Shown: one piece after another, positions 1 to 10,658 of the stretch
How the letters are laid out: every line of letters starts with the position of its first letter
Position numbering within the stretch: the stretch's first letter is position 1
Translations under genes and position numbers: made by a program
From: Nitrospirota bacterium
Lineage (GTDB): Bacteria; Nitrospirota; UBA9217
Length of the DNA stretch: 64,000 bases
Direction of reading: 5' to 3'
Assembly: GCA_963754875.1 (NCBI GenBank)
Contig: CAVWHO010000022.1
Span: forward strand, 64,001 to 128,000
Notes under the pieces: generated by a model
Database searches by the model: none
The model's input: only the letters and a program-made list of their open reading frames with translations
What the model was told of the DNA's origin: nothing

Positions 1-3000
1 CGTCGGTGCCGTCCCATACATACGAATAGGCTCCCGTAGCACGAGGAGCTGCCTTGAGGGGATTCACGGCAACGTAACCGCCGTCTACAGTGATGGCTGC
101 CGATATCCTTTCGGGCTGGGAAACAGAATAGCTTATCGTCATCGGGTCGTTCTTATAGGGGTTGTAAGTGTCCTGCGAACAATTAATGCTGCCGCTGCCT
201 GTCGGCGCCGTTGGACTATAACTTACGCTTCTCGTCCCATCAGCGGCTTCGAGAATATAAAGATAAGCATCGTCCTGCACAGTCCTGCCCGTACTGTCTT
301 TACCCGCCCAGGTGAACATATATGCCCCCGATGCCGGGCAGATTTGCGAGGCCTGATATACCGGCGTGCCGGTGGGGCCTTGTCCCTCGGGAATGACTTT
401 GAACGTGACCGTAGCCGAAGAGTTGATGGTGAAGAAAACCGTGCTCGATTGGGCAAGCGAGGTATCTATTGCATGACTGCTTGCGACGACACCCGAGAGA
501 TCTAAGTTGTCCACAGTAACAGGCTGAATGACCATGGATGTATTTCCTGCCTTGTCCGCGGCTATGAGCCTAAGGACATAGTTCCCGTTTGTGAGAAGCA
601 AGTGACCCGTCTGATCTTCCGTGACCCAGGTTGTGAGCGTTCCGTTGGACACCGGCGTTGTTGCGGTTCCTAAGAGGGTCCAGGGGCCGGTGCCACCCGC
701 GGGACCATAATCAACGCGGTAAGAGTCGAAGTTTGCGTCAGTAGCGTTGCCGGAGATCGAAACTATACTATACAATACGGAATTGGCTGTCGGGGCGCTG
801 ATCACCGCAGTTGGGGCCGTCACATCTACGGTTAGTAATCCAGTTTGTGTCGTCGCTGCAAGGTTTGTCTCAGAGCTCGTCGCGTCGATCCGGTATGTGT
901 ACGAGCCGTCGGGAACGGTACTTCCCGAATCATCAGTTCCATTCCAAGGCAGGCTCAGGGCTGTCCCGGTCCCCGCATAGGTCTTGACCGTCGTGCCCGA
1001 GGAATTTTTTATGGAGACGGTCCATGCGCTGTCAAAGCTGATTGACGAACTGATTGTCGTTGAGTCTTTTATCCCGTCTCCATTGGGTGATATATAGCTT
1101 TCGGACACAGCAACATTCTGTATCCAGAAGAGCCGCACGCGAGCGGTGTCGACAACCACGTTCCCGGCATTGTCCGTGACCGTGAGCCGCAGCGTATAAA
1201 GACCGTTGGCAAGGGATGTCGTGTTCCAGGGATAGATCACACCGTCCGTGACCGGCGTTGTGACGCCGGATCTGAGCGTGGTCCACGAGACGGGATTCTC
1301 TCCTGTGCCGTAATCAAGAGTGTAGTTTTTAAAATCCGTCGGATCCGATGCCGTGCCGGTGATATTGATGACCGTTCCGCCGCTGAACATCTGATCGTCA
1401 GTGGGTGGGTCCATGTAAGCAATCGGGACCTGACGCGAAACCATGATCAGTCCCTGGGGCACCGATGCGGTGCTGCCATTTGTCGGGTCAACTGCGCTTA
1501 TCTGGTAATAGTACACACCGTCAGCAACTTTTACGGATTGGGTGTCGTCGCCGTACCATTTCTGCTTGATCGTCGTACCGGTTCCGGTTAACGTATTGAC
1601 GGTTGTGTTGTTTCCATCGGTGATCGTGATGGTCCAGGTCGCTGAAGACGATATCCGCGCGGTAAAGGTCACGTTTCCGCCGTCGGGATTCAGCGAAGCG
1701 GGCATGGCATGCGCTTCGGTAATGCTGAGAATTGCAGTTGGCACTTGGCCAAGCCAGGGATTATATAGCACGTGGTCAGTGATCCTGTCACCTGTCCCCA
1801 ATACATTGGCCGAATAAGTGGGACCGGTTATATTACCCCACCAGTTGTCCCGCGCGTCAACGTCCGGGGAGGTAGACGCATTCCAGACCCCGGCTGTGGT
1901 GTTCGAGTTTATCTTCGTATTCGTAATATAAGGATTCGACGAAGATGAATAGAGGCCCCACTTGTTTCCCGTGATCTCGCTGTCGATGATGACCGGCCAG
2001 TTGGTCGCGCTCGAGAAATAGACTCCGCTTCCCGCGCTGTTTCTGAATACGCAGTTTCTGAGCACCGGCGAGGAAGAACCGACAGACAGATCGGCGTTCG
2101 AGTAATTTGCTCCTGCGCCGCCATATTCGATGGTCGCATTCTCAAGAACGCTTGAACCTGACGCAGGCCCGTACAGTGTGATGCCGGTCCAGTTGCCCGG
2201 CGCTGGTGTTGCCTGACTTGAGGTAAAGAGGATTTTACTCGTCGGCGTTCCCTGGGCGGACAACACGCCGTTGTACGAATTGAGGCCTATCTGCAAACCT
2301 GTGCCTGGGCTGAATTCTATTGTCACGCCCGGCTCAATGGTGAGCATAGGCGAGGCTGACCCGTATACGGCAACATTGCTCGTGACGATGTAAGGAATGC
2401 TGTTGTTCTTCATGGTAAGGTTTTGGCTTATCGTGCCACCGATGAGCTCGACGCCATTACCGCCATTCGTACCAAAGGTGTTGACATTTCCCGCCTGAAG
2501 GATCCCCATCCTGGCCGGATAGGATCCGTTGCCTGACAATGAGTTTCCGGAGATCGTTGTCGCTGCACCCGAACCATCGTAAATGCCATAGGTGCCGTTG
2601 CTCGTGATCGTGTTCCCTGTTGCGGTGAACGCGGAGGTATTTGTTACGTATATCCCAGCGGTCCCATTACTTGTTATTTGACTCTGTTGGATCGTGGGGC
2701 TGGAGCTGACGAGATAGACCCCATAACCTGAGCTCTGCCGGATCGTCGAGTTCGTGATCGTGGGCGAGGCGGAGTTTATATTGAGGTTGCTGTTTATGTT
2801 GACGTAACCGTTGTAGAGGGGGTACCCGCCGTACTCCACCGTCACGTATGAGAGCGTCGTATTTGCATCTACCGTGCCGTCATAAAAATAGATACAGCCC
2901 CAGTATCCGGGGGTCGGCGTCGCCTGGTTTGCAGTGAAGAGAATGGGGGCGCCGGCGGTCCCTACGGCCGAGAGAGCGCCTGGTGTGGTGCCGCTACCGA

Positions 3001-6000
3001 TATAGAGCGTCTTACCCTGATTAAACTTCACCGTGACCCCCGGCTCGATCGTGAGCACGGGGGCGCTCGAACCGTACACGTAGACATTATCCGTGACGAT
3101 GTAGGTAAGTCCCAGGCTCTTCCACGTCCCGCTGGTGGACACTACACCCCCGAGTACGTACAGCGTGTCCCCGGGCTGGATGTTCTGGATGGTGTTCTGG
3201 GTCGTCACGCTCCCCGCGAGGTTCGCACCCACCTGGATGGGAAGGCCCGTGACGTTTACAAACGTGTTGCCGGTCACCGTGCCGCTGCCGCTGTTGACGT
3301 ACAGTCCTCTGTTGATCGTGCTGCCCGTGATCACGGGTGTGCCCGAAGTGAGATACACTCCGTAATTCCCGCTGTTCGTTATAATGCTGTTCGTGATCGT
3401 CGGGGAGCCGTTCCCGTAGATGCCATAGGTTGCCGCGCTGTCTATCGTGGTGTTCTGGATCGTGGGGCTGGAGCTGACGAGATAGACCCCATAACCTGAG
3501 CTCTGCCGGATCGTCGAGTTCGTGATCGTGGGCGAGGCGGAGTTTATATTGAGGTTGCTGTTTATGTTGACGTAACCGTTGTAGAGGGGGTACCCGCCGT
3601 ACTCCACCGTCACGTATGAGAGCGTCGTATTTGCATCTACCGTGCCGTCATAAAAATAGATACAGCCCCAGTATCCGGGGGTCGGCGTCGCCTGGTTTGC
3701 AGTGAAGAGAATGGGGGCGCCGGCGGTCCCTACGGCCGAGAGAGCGCCTGGTGTGGTGCCGCTACCGATATAGAGCGTCTTACCCTGATTAAACTTCACC
3801 GTGACCCCCGGCTCGATCGTGAGCACGGGGGCGCTCGAACCGTACACGTAGACATTATCCGTGACGATGTAGGTAAGTCCCAGGCTCTTCCACGTCCCGC
3901 TGGTGGACACTACACCCCCGAGTACGTACAGCGTGTCCCCGGGCTGGATGTTCTGGATGGTGTTCTGGGTCGTCACGCTCCCCGCGAGGTTCGCACCCAC
4001 CTGGATGGGAAGGCCCGTGACGTTTACAAACGTGTTGCCGGTCACCGTGCCGCTGCCGCTGTTGACGTACAGTCCTCTGTTGATCGTGCTGCCCGTGATC
4101 ACGGGTGTGCCCGAAGTGAGATACACTCCGTAATTCCCGCTGTTCGTTATAATGCTGTTCGTGATCGTCGGGGAGCCGTTCCCGTAGATGCCATAGGTTG
4201 CCGCGCTGTCTATCGTGGTGTTCTGGATCGTGGGGCTGGAGCTGACGAGATAGACCCCATAACCTGAGCTCTGCCGGATCGTCGAGTTCGTGATCGTGGG
4301 CGAGGCGGAGTTTATATTGAGGTTGCTGTTTATGTTGACGTAACCGTTGTAGAGGGGGTACCCGCCGTACTCCACCGTCACGTATGAGAGCGTCGTATTT
4401 GCATCTACCGTGCCGTCATAAAAATAGATACAGCCCCAGTATCCGGGGGTCGGCGTCGCCTGGTTTGCAGTGAAGAGAATGGGGGCGCCGGCGGTCCCTA
4501 CGGCCGAGAGAGCGCCTGGTGTGGTGCCGCTACCGATATAGAGCGTCTTACCCTGATTAAACTTCACCGTGACCCCCGGCTCGATCGTGAGCACGGGGGC
4601 GCTCGAACCGTACACGTAGACATTGTCCGTGACGATGTAGGTAAGTCCCAGGCTCTTCCACGTCCCGCTGGTGGACACTACACCCCCGAGTACGTACAGC
4701 GTGTCCCCGGGCTGGATGTTCTGGATGGTGTTCTGGGTCGTCACGCTCCCCGCGAGGTTCGCACCCACCTGGATGGGAAGGCCCGTGGCGTTTACAAACG
4801 TGTTGCCGGTCACCGTGCCGCTGCCGCTGTTGACGTACAGTCCTCTGTTGATCGTGCTGCCCGTGATCACGGGTGTGCCTGAAGTGAGATACAGCCCATA
4901 ATTCCCGCTGTTCGTTATAATGCTGTTCGTGATCGTCGGGGAACCGTTCCCGTAGATGCCATAGGTTGCCGCGCTGTCTATCGTGGTGTTCTGGATCGTG
5001 GGGCTGGAGCTGACGAGATAGACCCCATAACCTGAGCTCTGCCGGATCGTCGAGTTCGTGATCGTGGGCGAGGCGGAGTTTATATTGAGGTTGCTGTTTA
5101 TGTTGACGTAACCGTTGTAGAGGGGGTACCCGCCGTACTCCACCGTCACGTATGAGAGCGTCGTATTTGCATCTACCGTGCCGTCATAAAAATAGATACA
5201 GCCCCAGTATCCGGGGGTCGGCGTCGCCTGGTTTGCAGTGAAGAGAATGGGGGCGCCGGCGGTCCCTACGGCCGAGAGAGCGCCTGGTGTGGTGCCGCTA
5301 CCGATATAGAGCGTCTTACCCTGATTAAACTTCACCGTGACCCCCGGCTCGATCGTGAGCACGGGGGCGCTCGAACCGTACACGTAGACATTATCCGTGA
5401 CGATGTAGGTAAGTCCCAGGCTCTTCCACGTCCCGCTGGTGGACACTACACCCCCGAGTACGTACAGCGTGTCCCCGGGCTGGATGTTCTGGATGGTGTT
5501 CTGGGTCGTCACGCTCCCCGCGAGGTTCGCACCCACCTGGATGGGAAGGCCCGTGACGTTTACAAACGTGTTGCCGGTCACCGTGCCGCTGCCGCTGTTG
5601 ACGTACAGTCCTCTGTTGATCGTGCTGCCCGTGATCACGGGTGTGCCCGAAGTGAGATACACTCCGTAATTCCCGCTGTTCGTTATAATGCTGTTCGTGA
5701 TCGTCGGGGAGCCGTTCCCGTAGATGCCATAGGTTGCCGCGCTGTCTATCGTGGTGTTCTGGATCGTGGGGCTGGAGCTGACGAGATAGACCCCATAACC
5801 TGAGCTCTGCCGGATCGTCGAGTTCGTGATCGTGGGCGAGGCGGAGTTTATATTGAGGTTGCTGTTTATGTTGACGTAACCGTTGTAGAGGGGGTACCCG
5901 CCGTACTCCACCGTCACGTATGAGAGCGTCGTATTTGCATCTACCGTGCCGTCATAAAAATAGATACAGCCCCAGTATCCGGGGGTCGGCGTCGCCTGGT

Positions 6001-8908
6001 TTGCAGTGAAGAGAATGGGGGCGCCGGCGGTCCCTACGGCCGAGAGAGCGCCTGGTGTGGTGCCGTCGCCGATATAGAGCGTCTTACCCTGATTAAACTT
6101 CACCGTGACCCCCGGCTCGATCGTGAGCACGGGGGCGCCCGAACCGTACACGTAGACATTGTCCGTGACGATGTAGGGGCTTCCGGCGAGAGTCCATGTC
6201 GTGTTCGTCGAGATAACTCCTCCGCTGATCGTCGTGGAAATGACACTGAAGGTTGCAGTAATCGTATGGTTTGAAATTATGTTATTGAATGCGTAGCTGT
6301 TTACTGCTCCGACCGAACTGCCGTCTACCTGCACATCAAACACCCGGTATCCGGAAGTTGGCGTTATTGTGAAAGTCTGGGTTGCACCGGAGTAAACATT
6401 TACCGCGCCTGATGGTGTGATTGTTCCGTTAGCATTGGCCGATGCGGTAATTGTATAAGTGTTGATCGCGAAGCTGGCAGTAATCGTATGGTTGGCGATT
6501 ACATTGATAAACGTGTAAGTACTCACTGCCCCGACCGAACTGCCGTCCACTTGCACGTCGGAGACGTGATACCCGGCGTTCGGCGTCATGGTGAATGTTG
6601 TCGTGGCCCCTGAATTGACACTCACGACACCTGTGGGCAATAACGTGCCATTGGCATCCGTTGATGACGTAATCGTATAGGTCGTGATCGCAAAACTGGC
6701 AGTGATCGTATGGTTGGCGATTACGTTGTTAAAAACGTAGGTGCTGACGGCTCCAACAGACGTGCCATCAACCTGCACGTCGGAGACATGATAACCGGCA
6801 TTCGGTGCCATAGTAAATGTTGTCGTGGCCCCTGAATTGATGCTCACCGCGCCTGCTGGTGATATCGTGCCGTTGGCATTGGCCGATGCAGTAATTGTAT
6901 AGGTAGTGATCGCGAAACTGGCAGTGATCGTATGGTTGGCGATTACGTTGCTAATAATATAGGTGCTGACGGCCCCCACCGAATTGCCGTCCACCTGCAC
7001 GTCGGAGACGTGATACCCATTATTCGGCGTCATGGTGAATGTTGTCGTTGCCCCGGAATTGATGCTCACCGCGCCTGCTGGTGATATCGTGCCGTTGGCA
7101 TTGGCCGTGGCCATAATAGTATAAGTATTGACAGCAAAACTTGCGGTAATCGTGTGGTTGGCGGTCACGTTGATGAATATATAGGTGCTGACAGCTCCTA
7201 CAGACGTACCGTCCACCAGCACATCAGAGACGTGATATTCGGCGTTCGGTGTTATTGTGAAGGTCTGGGTAGCGCCGGAATAAACGTTAACCGCTCCAAC
7301 CGGTGTGATCGTTCCATTACCATTTGCTGATGCGGTAATGGTATAAGTGTTTATCGCAAAACTTGCCGTGATCGAATGATTAGCAGTTACATTGGTGAAT
7401 GTGTAGCTGGTTACGGCGCCCACCGAGGACCCGTCTACTTGCACATCGGAGACCTGATAGCCAGTGTTCGGCATTATGGTGAAAGTCGTCGTGCCTGCCG
7501 AATTGACACTCACAAGCCCTGCAGGTGAAATAGCTCCGTTGGCGTTGGCTGAAGCTGTGATGGTATAGGTATTAATTGTGAAGCTTGCGGTAATTGTGTG
7601 GTTCGCAGTCACGTTGGTGAATACATAAGTGCTTACTGCTCCGACCGATGCGCCGTCTACCTGAACATCAGATACATGGTAGCCCGTGTTCGGCGTCATG
7701 GCGAAGGCCTGGTTCGTACCAGTGTTAACGCTCACGAGGCCGTTCGGAGATATCGTACCGTTGGCGTTAGCCGTGGCAGTAATGGTAAACGTATTGACTG
7801 CAAAACTTGCGGTGATCGCATGGTTTGCTGTTATATTGGTGAACGTGTAAGTCGATACCGCCCCGACAGAAACACTGTCAACAAGAACATCGCTGACATG
7901 GTAACCGGCAGCCGGCGTCATGGTGAAGGTCTGATTCGTACCAGTGTTTACGCTCACGAGGCCGGTAGGCGATATCGTGCCGTTGGCTCCGGCGGTTGCC
8001 GTTATAGTGAACGTATTTGCTGAAAAAGTAACCGAGATGGTGTGGTTTGCGGTGATATTGCTGAAGGTATACGTGGGGTTTATGGCGACCGCGGATCCAT
8101 CTACCGTGACGCCGGCTATCTTGTAACCCGTATTCGGGGTCATGGTGACCACCTGGGTGGATCCGTTGGCCACAGCGACCGTGCCGCTCGGAGAGATGGC
8201 GCCGTTCGTCCCTGCCGATGCTGAAATCGTCCAGATGGTCTGGTTAGCGACATTGGAATAGGCGGAATAGTTGGTTCCATCATACGCCCTGACGCGGTAA
8301 TAGTATGCGGCGCCGATTGAAAGGCCGGTATTGGTTGTGGTCGTGACATTTGCCGCAACCGTTCCAATCACTGAGTACGGGCCCCCGCTGGCTCCGGCCC
8401 GCTCGATTGAATACTGCGTTTCATATGCAGTGTTGTCAGTCCAGGAAAGGCTGATCGAGGAAGCAGAAACCACGGCAGCAACTAATGCAGTGGGTGCGGC
8501 AAGGGCCGGCGTTTTTGCGTTTGCGGTATTGGAATAGCTCGAATAGGTTGAACCTGCCTTGCAACGTACTCGGTAATAATACGTCGTGTTCTGGGTGAGG
8601 CCAATATCTGAATAGCTTGTGACATTCGCGCCGAGGGTGGCGATCACCGTCCAGGAACTCGACCCGTTCGGCGAACGCTCAACGTAGTAATTTGTCTCAT
8701 TCGTCGCATTGTCCTTCCATGTCAGATTGATCTGGCGGGAAGAGACCGCTGTAGCCGCAAGATTCGTGGGCGCTTTGGGCGCGGCCGCCCATGCTGCGTT
8801 TGCAAAGAACCAAACGAGGATAAATGAGAAACAGTACATCGCTATAGCCTTACGTGAAAGACGGGCTATTGTGTTTGATCTGCGTGATACGCTTCTAACG
8901 ATTCTCAT
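1..8908 (-). CDS. Giant secreted/surface protein (partial, runs off left edge): signal peptide, 2x fibronectin type III, 9x Ig-like/InlB B-repeat-like, tandem right-handed beta-helix repeats, FlgD-Ig-like modules
   Basis: AGGAG RBS then ATG at 8908 (MRIVRSV...FFANAAWAAAPKAPTNLAATAVSS...YYYRVR). The same frame is open in every segment I translated, down to position 2 (...GAYSYVWDGTD). It has no stop inside the window, so the ORF track omits it. Confidence 0.9.
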   Translation of the reverse strand, partial: MRIVRSVSRRSNTIARLSRKAIAMYCFSFILVWFFANAAWAAAPKAPTNLAATAVSSRQINLTWKDNATNETNYYVERSPNGSSSWTVIATLGANVTSYSDIGLTQNTTYYYRVRCKAGSTYSSYSNTANAKTPALAAPTALVAAVVSASSISLSWTDNTAYETQYSIERAGASGGPYSVIGTVAANVTTTTNTGLSIGAAYYYRVRAYDGTNYSAYSNVANQTIWTISASAGTNGAISPSGTVAVANGSTQVVTMTPNTGYKIAGVTVDGSAVAINPTYTFSNITANHTISVTFSANTFTITATAGANGTISPTGLVSVNTGTNQTFTMTPAAGYHVSDVLVDSVSVGAVSTYTFTNITANHAITASFAVNTFTITATANANGTISPNGLVSVNTGTNQAFAMTPNTGYHVSDVQVDGASVGAVSTYVFTNVTANHTITASFTINTYTITASANANGAISPAGLVSVNSAGTTTFTIMPNTGYQVSDVQVDGSSVGAVTSYTFTNVTANHSITASFAINTYTITASANGNGTITPVGAVNVYSGATQTFTITPNAEYHVSDVLVDGTSVGAVSTYIFINVTANHTITASFAVNTYTIMATANANGTISPAGAVSINSGATTTFTMTPNNGYHVSDVQVDGNSVGAVSTYIISNVIANHTITASFAITTYTITASANANGTISPAGAVSINSGATTTFTMAPNAGYHVSDVQVDGTSVGAVSTYVFNNVIANHTITASFAITTYTITSSTDANGTLLPTGVVSVNSGATTTFTMTPNAGYHVSDVQVDGSSVGAVSTYTFINVIANHTITASFAINTYTITASANANGTITPSGAVNVYSGATQTFTITPTSGYRVFDVQVDGSSVGAVNSYAFNNIISNHTITATFSVISTTISGGVISTNTTWTLAGSPYIVTDNVYVYGSGAPVLTIEPGVTVKFNQGKTLYIGDGTTPGALSAVGTAGAPILFTANQATPTPGYWGCIYFYDGTVDANTTLSYVTVEYGGYPLYNGYVNINSNLNINSASPTITNSTIRQSSGYGVYLVSSSPTIQNTTIDSAATYGIYGNGSPTITNSIITNSGNYGVYLTSGTPVITGSTINRGLYVNSGSGTVTGNTFVNVTGLPIQVGANLAGSVTTQNTIQNIQPGDTLYVLGGVVSTSGTWKSLGLTYIVTDNVYVYGSSAPVLTIEPGVTVKFNQGKTLYIGSGTTPGALSAVGTAGAPILFTANQATPTPGYWGCIYFYDGTVDANTTLSYVTVEYGGYPLYNGYVNINSNLNINSASPTITNSTIRQSSGYGVYLVSSSPTIQNTTIDSAATYGIYGNGSPTITNSIITNSGNYGLYLTSGTPVITGSTINRGLYVNSGSGTVTGNTFVNATGLPIQVGANLAGSVTTQNTIQNIQPGDTLYVLGGVVSTSGTWKSLGLTYIVTDNVYVYGSSAPVLTIEPGVTVKFNQGKTLYIGSGTTPGALSAVGTAGAPILFTANQATPTPGYWGCIYFYDGTVDANTTLSYVTVEYGGYPLYNGYVNINSNLNINSASPTITNSTIRQSSGYGVYLVSSSPTIQNTTIDSAATYGIYGNGSPTITNSIITNSGNYGVYLTSGTPVITGSTINRGLYVNSGSGTVTGNTFVNVTGLPIQVGANLAGSVTTQNTIQNIQPGDTLYVLGGVVSTSGTWKSLGLTYIVTDNVYVYGSSAPVLTIEPGVTVKFNQGKTLYIGSGTTPGALSAVGTAGAPILFTANQATPTPGYWGCIYFYDGTVDANTTLSYVTVEYGGYPLYNGYVNINSNLNINSASPTITNSTIRQSSGYGVYLVSSSPTIQNTTIDSAATYGIYGNGSPTITNSIITNSGNYGVYLTSGTPVITGSTINRGLYVNSGSGTVTGNTFVNVTGLPIQVGANLAGSVTTQNTIQNIQPGDTLYVLGGVVSTSGTWKSLGLTYIVTDNVYVYGSSAPVLTIEPGVTVKFNQGKTLYIGSGTTPGALSAVGTAGAPILFTANQATPTPGYWGCIYFYDGTVDANTTLSYVTVEYGGYPLYNGYVNINSNLNINSASPTITNSTIRQSSGYGVYLVSSSPTIQQSQITSNGTAGIYVTNTSAFTATGNTITSNGTYGIYDGSGAATTISGNSLSGNGSYPARMGILQAGNVNTFGTNGGNGVELIGGTISQNLTMKNNSIPYIVTSNVAVYGSASPMLTIEPGVTIEFSPGTGLQIGLNSYNGVLSAQGTPTSKILFTSSQATPAPGNWTGITLYGPASGSSVLENATIEYGGAGANYSNADLSVGSSSPVLRNCVFRNSAGSGVYFSSATNWPVIIDSEITGNKWGLYSSSSNPYITNTKINSNTTAGVWNASTSPDVDARDNWWGNITGPTYSANVLGTGDRITDHVLYNPWLGQVPTAILSITEAHAMPASLNPDGGNVTFTARISSSATWTITITDGNNTTVNTLTGTGTTIKQKWYGDDTQSVKVADGVYYYQISAVDPTNGSTASVPQGLIMVSRQVPIAYMDPPTDDQMFSGGTVINITGTASDPTDFKNYTLDYGTGENPVSWTTLRSGVTTPVTDGVIYPWNTTSLANGLYTLRLTVTDNAGNVVVDTARVRLFWIQNVAVSESYISPNGDGIKDSTTISSSISFDSAWTVSIKNSSGTTVKTYAGTGTALSLPWNGTDDSGSTVPDGSYTYRIDATSSETNLAATTQTGLLTVDVTAPTAVISAPTANSVLYSIVSISGNATDANFDSYRVDYGPAGGTGPWTLLGTATTPVSNGTLTTWVTEDQTGHLLLTNGNYVLRLIAADKAGNTSMVIQPVTVDNLDLSGVVASSHAIDTSLAQSSTVFFTINSSATVTFKVIPEGQGPTGTPVYQASQICPASGAYMFTWAGKDSTGRTVQDDAYLYILEAADGTRSVSYSPTAPTGSGSINCSQDTYNPYKNDPMTISYSVSQPERISAAITVDGGYVAVNPLKAAPRATGAYSYVWDGTD
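2688..6177. repeat. About 4.5 tandem copies of a near-identical 768-bp (256-aa) unit
   Basis: Near-identical antisense ORFs at 3135/3903/4671/5439, spaced 768 bp. Only about ten substitutions seen, mostly at 4625-4945 and 6065-6161. Confidence 0.97.
6245..8240. repeat. Nine diverged 222-bp (74-aa) repeats (YTITASANANGTISP...GYHVSDVQVDGxSVGAVSTYxFxNVxANHTITASF)
   Basis: Read from the minus-strand translation; period 222 bp. Confidence 0.9.
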
Positions 8909-9566
8909 TCGTCCACTCCTTTTGATCGTTTGCGTAATTGATAAATAATATTCCAGAACAAACATGCAGCGAAAACGACATTCCAGTGTTATGAATTATC
9001 TTATATGTAGCCGATCCACATAGTCGAATAAGAGCACTTCGTGATCGGGCGTCAGGAGAAGCATCCGTATCACTGCAACGGAACAATAGTCCTCTGCTCT
9101 ATAGAAGAACTGTTGGGTAAATAGATTTTACAAGCTTGATTAAGACAGAAAGAACTAACGTAATCGCGAAAGGTCGGTTAACAAGTTCTTAATACAAGAC
9201 CATATTGCCATTATGCTTCGAATACTTAATCGGGGAAACTGTTCTAAGTCTTGTGGGGAAATCACGGGTATGTCTAATGCCAATCAATATCTTAGCTAAA
9301 CTGCAACTTTGATATCATATTCGTGCAATCATTGCAAGAAATTTAATGAGACAGACGGGGTATTTTTGGGGGATGTCAATAAAATGGCAAGTCGCTTCAA
9401 GCAAAATTCAAGTTTCTATTGCTTACTGTAACGAATGCGGTATGAAGTCTACAATTTCCAAATAATGCAACCGTTGCGAACTTCAGACCTTATGATTAAA
9501 GTGGCAAGTCCGTCTTAAGGTATGTTTGTGTCAGGCAGACAAAATAGTACCGAAAGGAGACTTGCC

Positions 9567-9671
9567 ATGAATAACCTTAGCAAACTGGATTTCACCGGTC
9601 AACACATTTATGTGGGGATGGATGTTCACCGAAAGAGCTGGAGCATCAGGAAGAATCTCGCGAGTTATTGA
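9567..9671 (+). pseudogene. IS110-family transposase N-terminal remnant
   Basis: AGGAG RBS then MNNLSKLDFTGQHIYVGMDVHRKSWSI, matching the IS110 DEDD first motif (YVGxDVHK). Stops after 34 aa. Confidence 0.75.
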
Positions 9672-10331
9672 GGATTGAAATAATTGCAGACTTCAAGCTG
9701 AATTTACGTTTAAGTGCCAATGTTACTGATCGTAATCTTGTAAGCTATTAACGTTCTCGTCAGAAATATTGGACTAAGCCGTTACGCGGTGGCTAAAAAC
9801 CCAAGACACAGCGGCTGAAAAATCCTTCGCCATTTCGTAATCTCTTCGTCAATCCCCACGCTTGATCAATATTTTTTTCCCTATAATCTCTTTCCGTACA
9901 CACCATCGTCGTCATGCCGCTAGATAATCCGACACAGGGAAGGAGATTCAATAATGGGAAAGTTGCGCGATCAAACGCTGGCAGACATGGAGCTCAAGTC
10001 AGTACCACAGCGCAAAATTACACTCATGAGAAATCTCTCAAAGAGGCCAAAAGATCACTCATTAATTTGGTAATGAAAAGCGACAAAGTAAAGGTGGACC
10101 TTGCGCCAAGATTATTAAAGCAATTTATCTTTGACAACATTTTTCATAATAATTCAAAGTTACAGTCCTGGCCAAACCTGCGCAGATTATGTATGTAGCC
10201 CATTCGATAAGACTCGGCGTTTTTTTTCCATTTAGCCACAAAATCTTTTTTAGTGCGATCTGTCTTCACGTTATCCGACTCAACGTGCACCTTAGTCACA
10301 CATTGAATCTGACAGGCTTTGTCGGTTCTTT

Positions 10332-10625
10332 TTAGAGTTCTTTTGCAAATGCATTTGCGTCCTTTTCAGAAACGTGTTTTCGAAAAATTACTTTCGCCGC
10401 CTTTTTCGTTAATGTTTTCGGCCTTAAAATATGCAATAATGTCTCAAGCATGTCCTGCGATTCTTTTTCTGTAAGAACGATGCCGGGATTCATGTCCGCA
10501 TGTTCCCTGAACAGTTCGCGGGCCTTTTTTCTGGAACCGGCGTCGATCAGCAGGCCACAATCGACAAAAAAGCCATTCCCCTTCTTTTTCACTTCCAGAC
10601 CGTGATATTTCTGCTTTTTAGCCAT
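10332..10625 (-). CDS. Hypothetical basic protein
   Basis: 97-aa ORF with AGGAG RBS, co-oriented with the operon. Confidence 0.65.
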   Translation of the reverse strand: MAKKQKYHGLEVKKKGNGFFVDCGLLIDAGSRKKARELFREHADMNPGIVLTEKESQDMLETLLHILRPKTLTKKAAKVIFRKHVSEKDANAFAKEL

Positions 10626-10658
10626 TGATGATTCTCCTGGTTGTTTATTTTTTTTGCA

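Noticed and set aside
3135..5669. Four repeated 76-aa plus-strand ORFs
   Set aside because: Antisense shadows of the 768-bp repeat in the giant gene
2688..6177. DGR template/variable repeat pair
   Set aside because: The repeats are tandem and in frame, the differences are not adenine-specific, and there is no reverse transcriptase in the window
8909..9310. Riboswitch in the leader of the giant gene
   Set aside because: No c-di-GMP or other consensus recognisable by eye; an Infernal search is needed
9914..10198. 94-aa plus-strand ORF
   Set aside because: No RBS or recognisable motif, in AT-rich intergenic DNA
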